Source of the DNA: an uncultured Mycoplasma sp.
GTDB taxonomy: Bacteria; Bacillota_I; Bacilli_A; Mycoplasmatales; Metamycoplasmataceae
Reading direction: 5' to 3'
NCBI GenBank assembly: GCA_947039955.1
Contig: CAMRAC010000004.1
Location: forward strand, 47,344 to 111,343
DNA: 64,000 nucleotides
Part shown: positions 35,054-44,778 of the stretch, piece after piece
How the letters are laid out: every line of letters begins with the position of its first letter
Numbering within the stretch: the stretch's first letter is position 1
Translations under genes and position numbers: made by a program
Notes under the pieces: model-generated
Databases searched by the model: none
What the model saw: the letters and a program-made list of their open reading frames with translations, nothing else
Told to the model about the DNA's origin: nothing

Positions 35054-35183
35054 AATTTGCCCCTAATTTAAATCACATATAACCAATATTAATGACTTCA
35101 TAAGTATTAAGGGAATATATTAAAATTATACATTAATAACGATTTGTAAATATTGATAATTGATTTAAATAATTAGAAAATTA

Positions 35184-35558
35184 TTATTTTGAATCTAATT
35201 TTAGTTCATCATCATTAGTTTTTTCTTTAATGTCATTTTGATCAGTTTTTAATTCTTCTTTATCTTCCATGTTAAGGGTCGCTGTGTCAATCATTTTAGT
35301 TGCAAAAACTAAGCACCCAATATTCCCAAGAATTATCAAAGACAAAATTCCTCATAAATTTTTTTCTTTGTCTAAGTTTTCATCTTTGTAATTAGTAGTT
35401 AAAATAGCAATTGAATCTATTATTGAAATAATGATACTTACAATACCACCAATAATTGTAAAGAATAAAACAATTCCAAGGATGTTTCTATTCCTCATAG
35501 AAGTTCCTCTTTGAAGTAAATCTTCATTGTTTTTAATTGTTGAATTCATAATAATCAT
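35184..35558 (-). CDS. Small membrane protein
   Basis: The two hydrophobic segments are GIVLFFTIIGGIVSIIISII and W GILSLIILGNIGCLVFA. The track ORF was extended through TGA to TAA at 35184. Confidence 0.5.
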
Positions 35559-35645
35559 TCTCCTTATAGTAAAAGCATATAACCAACATTGGTAAATAAA
35601 GCTTTATATTCTTATTATAACTTTTTTAAATATTTGATATCAGTT

Positions 35646-36314
35646 TTATTCGGTTACTCTTAAACCTATTTGAGTTAATTGTAATATTTCATTTTCTTCA
35701 CTAACTAGTCTACTGAAAACAATATTGATTCCACTAAATAATTTAATAACATCATCTTCAGATTCATTGTCATAAATCATTCTTGTAGAGTGTAAAACAT
35801 CGAATGAAATATTTTTTAAGTTAACTAAATAATTAAAGATGTTTCTTCCCAAACCAATTTTTACTTCTGGTCTATTTAAAATTAATCATAAGTTTGCATC
35901 AGTAATTTCAAATAAATCCTTTAAAAGGTTTTCTAAAATTCCTCTTAATAAAGCAGAAGCTGATCTAGGTGATTCTTTATATATTCTTCTAGCTTCATTA
36001 TACATTTCTAGATTTTTACCTGTAATATCTTTATTAGGCATCGGAGCATCGGAAACTTGAGGAAAAATAATTCTACTTTCAAGGAGTTTTAATCTGTTTC
36101 CAAATTGATCAACTGAATGATCTGAAGTTCAAATAATGTTTTTACTACAAGTTAAACATCTTGATTGAGAATAAAGAACTTTAACAGGACCTGTTTCTGT
36201 TTGTTTTGTTTCAGAAAATTGTAATTCTGTTCTTGAAGAAAAAGTTGCTGGTACATCACAAATAGGACAAGTAAAATAGTTGGATGAAATTTGCGGTTTG
36301 ATGTAATGACTCAT
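35646..36314 (-). CDS. Zinc-ribbon + DUF4145-like protein
   Basis: The N-terminus has CPIC...CLTC. The C-terminal segment ..EARRIYKESPRSASALLRGILENLLKDL...LVNLKNISFDVLHS resembles DUF4145. Two track fragments are joined by two TGAs (669 nt). Confidence 0.5.
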
Positions 36315-36351
36315 ATATTCCTTGCTTAGTTTCTTTAATTATAACAACATT

Positions 36352-37113
36352 TTATTTTTTGTTCTTATAGATTATTTCATTTTTTTCATTTACAGCTTTT
36401 AAAAGAGTTAAATCTGTGTGTGAATTTGATTGTTGTATTAAGGAATGCAAATCTTTTGGTAAACAACTTCCTGAAAATCCTCTTTTCTCTTCAAAGACAA
36501 AAGAGTGACTTCTTCCTATTCTTTCATCGGCAAGTCATATTTCTCTTGAAGAATTATAATCCACATTTAATGAGTTTGCAATATCATACATTTCATTGCA
36601 AAAAGTTACCTTAGTTGCTAAAAAACAATTTTCCATGTATTTAGCAAACTCAACTTCTCTTGCATTACCAATATGGATTTTAACATTTGAATTTATAATC
36701 GTTTTATAAGCTTCTATAGCGTGATTAACACCTTTTGTGTTACCTCCAAAAGACAATCAACTCCTACCATTCAAATTACTATATGGGTGATCAACTGTTT
36801 CTCCATAATATTCAGGTTGAAATATAATTTCTTTATTATATTTTTTAATCATTTCATCTGTGAATCCAATGTAAATGGTTGAACGTATTACTATTGTTTT
36901 GACTTTTAGTTTTTCAATCAAAGATTCTACAATAGAAGTGTCACAACTACCATCTTTGTTCTCTGGTGTAGGAACACATAAAAAAACCAAGTCCGACTTG
37001 TTAACTTCTTCAAATGTTCCTATTTTTAAATTTTTATCATAAATGTAGGCGTCAACAAATAATTTGCTCATCGCTGTTCCTACATGACCTTTTCCAATGA
37101 TCCCTATTTTCAT
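36352..37113 (-). CDS. UDP-glucose/GDP-mannose dehydrogenase-family protein, short (253 aa)
   Basis: The Rossmann motif is MKIGIIGKGHVGTAM. The central domain reads ..EFAKYMENCFLATKVTFCNEM.. and the catalytic-Cys motif is GFSGSCLPKD. The protein ends about 25 aa later, so no C-terminal UDP-binding domain is present. Confidence 0.7.
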
Positions 37114-38102
37114 ACTAAAATTTCCTTTTCTAATTTGTTTATTATATTTATATTCATAAATTCTTTTATTTTATCAATAACGTTTGATTCGTCTTTGGTA
37201 ATATTTATTATATCTATTTTTTTCAATAATCCTTTTATGAAATAAAATAACTCTTTGGTGTGAAGGATTATTGCATCTTGATTTCACTCATCATCAACTC
37301 TTGACATATAAAGATTTAAACCACTTATATATTTGATTACGCTTTTTCAAGAAAGTTGAATTGTTTTGTTTTCTCGATAATGATTTACAAACATTGGTAT
37401 TTTGGCAAACTTAAATTCTTTGGCTAACATTGCAGTTCTATAAGAATCATATCAGGGTAAAGAGTCTTCATTATATGATTCTCATTCAAACTCACCATTC
37501 AAAGCTTCATTATTAAAATAAACTGTGGCTCCACCAGTTGTGAAATCATTTTCATTTACAACATTAGTGAATTCATTTATATCTCTAGAAAAAGACCTTC
37601 CCCTCAATATATCTTTCAACTCTTTGTATACTTGATTAGAGTTAATTGCAGAGTAAGTAGAGGAGTTGAAATCCGAATCATCAAAAAAGGGTTTTTGAGA
37701 ATGAGAATATATTTCTAACTTGTGATTTAGAAAATCATTTAATGAAGAAGCTAATGTGTAAAAAGCGGGTATAGGTGGATCCAACTTATAATACATAGAT
37801 ATAAAATCATACCTTTCTTTATATGTTAGTAATTCATCAACAAACTCATTTTCTGGTAACTGTATGTCACTGTCTAAAATTAAATACATATCCGCCTTGT
37901 ATTTCTTAACTTCATTTAATAATGAATGTCTTGAATTTTTCATATTAGATACTTCATTAATGATATGTGTTGCTTCAACTTCTTTATTAGTATTAGCAAT
38001 CGAAATAACATTATTACTGAACTTTTTTAATTTCCTTATATTGTCAATAAAATTAATGTGATTTTCTTCGTTCATAATTGTTGTTGCCAAAACTATTTTC
38101 AT
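37104..38102 (-). CDS. Putative GT-A-fold glycosyltransferase (332 aa)
   Basis: MKIVLATTIMNEE... leads to ...MYLILDSDIQLP, which holds a DxD motif. The track stop at 37482 is TGA. I checked that the frame stays open to the TAG at 37104. Confidence 0.45.
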
Positions 38103-38842
38103 GTTATCACTCCTGGAATATTGTGTAGTTTGTCATGCCTATCATTGATTTTTTCAACATCATTTACATCCACATATCCATCAAAGTGCATGTAAAAATT
38201 TCGCAAATCATTAAGTCTATGCTTATCATTAGATATTCTTTCTCTATAAGAATCTTTTTGATAAATAACCAAAGATTCTTCTATGACTGCAACCTTCACT
38301 TCAGGATGTGATAAAAGAGCGATATTCAACACCCTATCAGTTGAAGAGTTAATGTGTTTTGACATCATTCCTGACTCCAAACACATATCTAAGTTAAAAA
38401 CTTTATTAGATCCTTGGACACCTATGTTACCGATTATAAAATTCTTAACTTTCATATCTTTTAGAGTAAATTTATATTCATCAATTATTTCGTTATTGTC
38501 TTTAACTTCCATTCAACAAGTTACAAAGTTATTTCCTTTTTGAATTAAGTTAAATGCTTTTTCAATATAGGTTTCTTTTCATAAATCATCATCATCAACA
38601 GTTGCTATATATAAATTTTCATTAGGATATAAATCCTTGATTCTCACCAATGATTGATTAGTGTTACGAGCCAATCCTTTTTTATAAGGATTTACCAAAA
38701 CTTTATATTCACTTGCAAAGTCTTTTTCTGATGCTATTATTATTTCATCAACTTTTTTAGTTTGACTTTCAATAGATGAAATTGTTTTTGAAATATCTCT
38801 ATTGCCAGCAGTTACAATAAGCGCTATTATTTTCTTATTCAT
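38099..38842 (-). CDS. Family-2 glycosyltransferase
   Basis: MNKKIIALIVTAGNRDISKTISSIESQT...IIIASE...ATVDDDDLW.. shows the GT2 N-terminal signature with a DDD motif. Two fragments share one frame (744 nt). Confidence 0.7.
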
Positions 38843-40197
38843 CTTGTTGCTCCATCAATGAATTCCAATTCCGGAGATAGTTCCTTAACTCTTTCATGCT
38901 TGATGAATTTTTTATTTGGAATAATAGAGCTGCACTCGTGCACTAAATTATTATGCATTTCATAAACAAACTTCTTACCACCTTCTTGTTTTATAAGTCT
39001 ATTCATAGTATCGACATTTTCGCATGTGTAAACAACATCATATGTGTCAATATTTTGCGAAACTGATAAATCATGACAAATCATCGGCATTATCCGATAT
39101 TTTTCAACAACGAAGTTATAAAATCTCTCATATTTCTTATCATTAAAAAGATCTGCCTCTCCCTCTAACCTTTTAGACCTTATAATCATTCTATGATTAT
39201 CTTTTTGTTGATTTCTAACCAAAAAATAAACATCCCTAATAATTCCTTTTTTAAAATCATCATTATCAGTTTTAACAAATGAATTTCCAAAATCATTGTA
39301 AATGGTTTCAAAAAAGGGGGAATCTTTAAATTTTATTTTTCCATAGTTAATTACTTTATTATCATCAATAAATACATCAATAAGTCTTTGTCTTATTAGC
39401 AATCTAGCTATTTGTACGAACGATAAATCACTGACTGGCGAAACAATATTATTATAAACGAAAATTTTATCTTCACCATCAATTTTGATCTTGACATTCA
39501 ATCGGCTATCTTTATAAAATTCTTCAATATAATCATCAGGAGAGTGAGTTACATTATTTCTGTCATAAATTTCTTTCAAATTATTTGAGGGCTTAAAATC
39601 CTTTTTAATTATTTTATTAATTTTACTATAATCTTCACTCCAATACAAAGCACCTTCATTACCTCCATTTATAAACCTTGGTTTACCAATTATTTTTTTA
39701 TAAAATGATTTAACTTTTGTATTTTTTGTAAAAACTTCATCCAACGGTTTATTACCTCTAGTTTCTTTCATTAATAAAAATCACAGTCACACTTCAAGAT
39801 ATTTTTCCACATGATGTAAATGATTTTTATCATAGAAAGAATATGTGGGTATTCTAATGTATTCAATATCATGAACAATTATATATTTATTTTTAATTTC
39901 AATTGATTTTATATCACTATAAACATCTAAATTTTTTTTATCTTCTCCGTGATAAATTATAATTTTGCTTATTTTTTCATCTAGGCGTTGAACATCTCTT
40001 CTTAGGTTTAATATTCAAAAATATTGATTCATCAATATTGATGCCCCAAATATAGATGCAAAGTTTATTTTGTGACCAGATTTCTGTCCATTTTTATATT
40101 CAAGGAACTTGTAAGGAGATAGAACTATATCAAAACTTTCTATGCTTTTGTCTATGTCAATATAAATATTGTTTGATAAATTAAGCAGGATCGTCAT
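38839..40197 (-). CDS. Hypothetical protein of about 453 aa (start uncertain: 40197, 40227 or 40260)
   Basis: Track ORFs 40015-40260 and 38839-39771 are in the same frame. I found no in-frame TAA or TAG between them, only TGA. No family was recognised. Confidence 0.55.
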
Positions 40198-41164
40198 ATT
40201 TATGCCCCATATATTTCTTTTTTTCATCCATATATTTTTGCGCTTCTGGAGATAGTTCACTATTCAATATACGTTTTTCTACTACATCTATTCTTCTTGA
40301 TTTTATTGGTTCTACCTTTAATTGATTATTGGTTCATAAATTAATTTTATTAATATTCATTTGATACAAAATATCTCCAGGAATTTCAAATGATCTATTT
40401 TCCGATTTACCAGCTATAGAATTCATTGCATTATAAGTATCCATTCCAGTGTCATTAGTAAGTTTGTAAGCTTTTATTTTGTTAAATAAACCCAAACCCC
40501 TACCTTCTTCATTTGCATAAATTAACATAGTATTTTTTTCTTTATACAACATCTTCATAAAAAAATCTAATTGCATTTTACAATCACAATGAATTGAATA
40601 AAATACCTCCGAAGTTTGGCATTGATGATGAATTCTAACATTCACTCGTTCATTTACATTTAAATCATTATAAACAATAAGAAATTCTTTGTTATTAGAA
40701 GGGCACTTTGCTACCTTCACATTCAAAACGCCAAATTGTGTTTTCAATGTTGTTTCCTGACTATATTGAAGAGCTGAATAAAAATCAATCTTAAATATTA
40801 TTCCGTTTGGAACTATGTTGTATTCAGCTATTATTGATGAATCTTTTATTTTTGTTCAGAACAATTTATTTTTTAATAAAATACCTTCATGATTAAAATT
40901 ATCTTTAATCGGTTTATCATCTATCACTATATTGAATTTAACATCAATAATGTTACAATTTTTATCAACTAAATCATCAATATACTTGATAGTTCGTAAA
41001 AGCATTAAGAAATCATCTCCTTCTACCAGAACTTGATCATTATTTCATCTAAACTTATATGTTTGATATTTAGCGTTTGTTTTTCCTTCAAATTCAATAA
41101 TTATTTTTTTAAATTCATTACCGAAATTTATTTGATTAGAAAATAAGTTTATATATAAAATCAT
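40181..41164 (-). CDS. GTP cyclohydrolase II (RibA)-like domain with an extra N-terminal domain of about 135 aa
   Basis: VNVRIHHQCQTSEVFYSIHCDCKMQL...ANEEGRGLGLFNKIKAYKLTNDTGMDTYNAMN....W TNNQLKV parallels E. coli RibA RVHSECLTGD..RCDCG.QL...EGRGIGLLNKIRAY...DTV.AN...LLTNNP. The three Zn-ligand Cys residues are retained. 984 nt, and the frame was checked. Confidence 0.75.
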
Positions 41165-41234
41165 TTAAAATATTATACAACAAAAAAAATAAATCATTCA
41201 ACACTTACTCTTTGAACTTCAAAAAAATAATAGT

Positions 41235-42281
41235 TTAGTTACTTGAAGGAAGTTTTTTTACTTTGTTAGTAAAAATTTGTTCTGGAGTTATTCCGCCATT
41301 GGTTTCAGTTGTTAATCCACCTGGGAAAGTTGGGATATTTGCTCCAAAATTATTAAGAGCAAAAGCTTCTAAACCAATGCTTTTTATTTGACTAGGTGTT
41401 GGTCATACTATTGATGATATATTGTTTTGTAAGAATGCGTCAATTCCAATACTTTCCAAGTTTATCAAATCATGTAAATCTAATTCTCCAGATAATTTAT
41501 TATTATAAAAAGCACTATTACCAATTGATTTAATTTTGGAAAAGTTATTTCAAAGAATAGATGTAATGGAATTTTTCCCAAAAGCACTTGGTCCAATATT
41601 TTCTAACGAACTCAAAGAAACAAAGCTCAATTCTGTAAGTTCGTTTGTATTGAATGCCGCAGTACCAATAGATTTAATCTTATTTTCTCTTTCAGGTCAA
41701 TAAATTTTTGAAATTGAATTTTGTCCAAAAGAATAATCAGAAATAATTTCAAGATTAATTAAACCTCTTAAATCAACAGAAGTAAGTCCTATACTAGAAA
41801 AAGCACCTTGCTCAATGACTTTTAACTTACTTAATCCACTTAAATTAAGATCAATATTTAGTAATTTTGGTAAGTCGAAACCAAATGCTCAACTACCAAT
41901 ATATTCCAAGTTTGTTAAATGCGATAAATCTCAAGGAACAGAGGTTTCTCCTGTGTTCGCAACAGGAGAAACTATATTCTGAAAAGCTCAACTCCCTATT
42001 TTTACTAATGTTTTAGGCAAAGTTAGTCCGTTGATTTGTTGATCCGCAAATGCAGCATTAGCAATTTCTGTAATCTTAACTCCATTATATTCTTCTTTAA
42101 TTTCTAATTTTTCAGGGTGAGTTCCTTCATCGGCATAACCCATAACAACACCTTTTGAACTTATTTCAAGACCTTCAGCTTCAAAATAAGTAGTTGTTTC
42201 ATTTGAACTACATGATATGGTAATTAATGGAATTATTCCAATCGGTAATAATGCTAATGGTAATAGTTTTTTAGTATTCAT
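41235..42281 (-). CDS. BspA-like leucine-rich-repeat lipoprotein, copy 1
   Basis: AGGAG lies 8 nt before the ATG at 42281. MNTKKLLPLALLPIGIIPLITISCSS carries a lipobox. Repeats follow of the type L..L..IG..AF....L (for example LSHLTNLEYIGSW AFG, LSSLENIGPSAFG). Confidence 0.85.
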
Positions 42282-42557
42282 TTTATTTCTCCTTAACACT
42301 TACTCTTTGATTTCTTAAACTAAATAGTTTTAGTTAGTTGGAGGAAGCTTTTTTACTTTGTTAGTAAAAATTTGTTCTGGGGTTATTCCGCCATTGGTTT
42401 CAGTTGTTAATCCGTCTGGGAAAGTTGGGATATTTAGACCAAAGTTATTAACTGCAAAAGCACCTAAACCAATGCTGTTTATTTGACTTGGGGTTGGTCA
42501 TTGAATTGATGATATATCATTAAATCTAAATGAGTTAATTCCAATACTTTTTAAATT
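42201..42557. repeat. 357-bp block nearly identical to 43446-43802
   Basis: Hand alignment shows 2 mismatches. The block spans one copy's signal-peptide coding region, the intergenic spacer, and the last roughly 230 nt of the upstream copy. Confidence 0.9.
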
Positions 42558-43526
42558 GATTAAAGTTGATAAATTCAACTCTCCAGTAATTGTGTTAGAT
42601 TCAAATGCAGCCTCACCTATAGATGTAACTTTATTATCAATAGGTCATTTGATTGATGTTATTTGATTATGAGCAAACACATTTTTATCAATTTTTTCCA
42701 AATTTATTAAGTCGTGTAAATCTAATTCTCCAGATAATTTATTTTCATAAAATGCTCCATCACCAATTGTTTTGATTTTAGAAAAATTATTTCAAAGAAT
42801 AGATGTGATTAAATTTCCAGCAAAAGCACTAGAACCTATACTTTCTAGCAAATCAAGTGAAACAAAATTTAATTCTGTAAGTTGGTTTCTAAGAAAAGCT
42901 GCAGAACCAATAGATTTAATTTTATTATCTTCTTCAGGTCAATAAATTTTTGAAATTAAATTGTCAGAAAAAGTCCATTCTTTTATCTCTTCAAGATTAA
43001 TCAAACCTCTTAAATCAACAGAAGTAAGTCCTATGCCTGAAAAAGCACTATTATTAATTGCTTTTAATTTACTCAATCCACTTAAATCAAGATCAAGATT
43101 TAATTTTTTTGGATTAATAACTCCAAAACTAAATGCTGAATTACCAATATATTCTAGGTTTGTTAAATGTGATAAATCTCAAGGCAAGGGAGCTTCTCCG
43201 GTGTTTGCAACAGGAGATTCTATATTTTGAAAAGCTCAATTCCCTATTTTTACTAATGTTTTTGGCAAGATTAATCCATTAATCTTTTCATCCGAAAATG
43301 CATCAGAATGAATTTCTGTAATAGTAACGCCATTATATTCTTCTTTAATTTCTAGTGGTCCAACATGGTTTTTAGATTCTATAAACCCATATACCACACC
43401 TTTATAATCTATTTCAAGGCCTTCAGCTTCAAAAGTACCTGTTTGATTTGAACTACATGATATGGTAATTAATGGAATTATTCCAATTGGTAATAATGCT
43501 AATGGTAATAATTTTTTAGTATTCAT
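42330..43526 (-). CDS. BspA-like leucine-rich-repeat lipoprotein, copy 2
   Basis: It has the same signal peptide and LRR pattern as copy 1. The frame is open from 43526 to TAA at 42330 with TGA read as Trp. Confidence 0.85.
42831..43033. repeat. 203-bp block identical to 44076-44278
   Basis: Hand alignment found no mismatch. The block is internal LRR coding sequence of copies 2 and 3. Confidence 0.85.
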
Positions 43527-43802
43527 TTTATTTCTCCTTAACACTTACTCTTTGATTTCTTAAACTAAATAGTTTTAGTTAGTTGGAGGAAGCTTTTTTA
43601 CTTTGTTAGTAAAAATTTGTTCTGGGGTTATTCCGCCATTGGTTTCAGTTGTTAATCCGTCTGGGAAAGTTGGGATATTTAGACCAAAGTTATTAACTGC
43701 AAAAGCACCTAAACCAATGCTGTTTATTTGACTTGGGGTTGGTCATTGAATTGATGATATATCATTAAATCTAAATGAGTTAATTCCAATACTTTTTAAA
43801 TT
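43446..43802. repeat. Partner of 42201-42557
   Basis: See 42201-42557. Confidence 0.9.
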
Positions 43803-44777
43803 TGTTAAAGCTAATAAATTTAATTCCCCAGCAATTGCATTAGATTCAAAGGCAGACTCACCTATAGATGAAATTTTACTATTAATAGGTCATATTATTG
43901 ATGATATTTTATTTTTAGAAAATACACCTTCTTCAACACTTTCCAAGTTTATCAAATCATGTAAATCTAATTCTCCAAATAATTCATTAGCGGCAAAGGC
44001 GCTCTTTCCAATTGTTTTAATTTTGGAAAAGTTATTCCAAAGAATAGATGTAATGGAATTTCCTGCAAAAGCATTAGAACCTATACTTTCTAGCAAATCA
44101 AGTGAAACAAAATTTAATTCTGTAAGTTGGTTTCTAAGAAAAGCTGCAGAACCAATAGATTTAATTTTATTATCTTCTTCAGGTCAATAAATTTTTGAAA
44201 TTAAATTGTCAGAAAAAGTCCATTCTTTTATCTCTTCAAGATTAATCAAACCTCTTAAATCAACAGAAGTAAGTCCTAAACCAGAAAAAACACTATCATC
44301 AATAACTTTTAATTTGCTTAATCCACTTAAATTAAGATCAAGATTTAATTTTTTTGCATTATAGCTTCCACGGTCAAAAACACCTCTACCAATGTATTCT
44401 AGATTTGTTAAATGTGATAAATCTCAAGGAACAGAAGTTTCTCCTGTGTTAGCAACAGGAGATTTTATGCCTTCAAAAGCTCAACTCGCTATTTTCACTA
44501 ATGTTTTAGGTAAAATTAAACCTTCTATTTGCTCGCCTCGAAAAGCAGATTGAGCAATTTTCGTAATAATAACACCATTATATTCTTCTTTAATTTCAAG
44601 TGGTCCAATGTGTGTGTTTTTTGAAACAAAACCCATTATTTCACCATCAGACCCTATTTTTAAACCTTCCGCTTCAAATGTATATATGTTTTCTGGTTGT
44701 GTTGAACATGATATAGTTATCAATGGAATAATTCCAATCGGTAATAATGCTAATGGCAATAGTTTTTTAGTATTCAT
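43575..44777 (-). CDS. BspA-like leucine-rich-repeat lipoprotein, copy 3
   Basis: It has the same signal peptide and LRR pattern as copies 1 and 2. The ATG at 44777 lies 1 nt after the stop of the upstream 850-aa gene. Confidence 0.85.
44076..44278. repeat. Partner of 42831-43033
   Basis: See 42831-43033. Confidence 0.85.
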
Positions 44778-44778
44778 T

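Noticed and set aside
42282-42299. Longer N-terminus MLRRNK... given by the track for the three LRR lipoproteins (also 43527-43544 and 44778-44795)
   Set aside because: These extra codons overlap the RBS (AAGGAG) that sits 8 nt before the internal ATG (MNTKK...). In copy 3 they overlap the end of the upstream gene. The shorter start gives a standard lipoprotein signal peptide.
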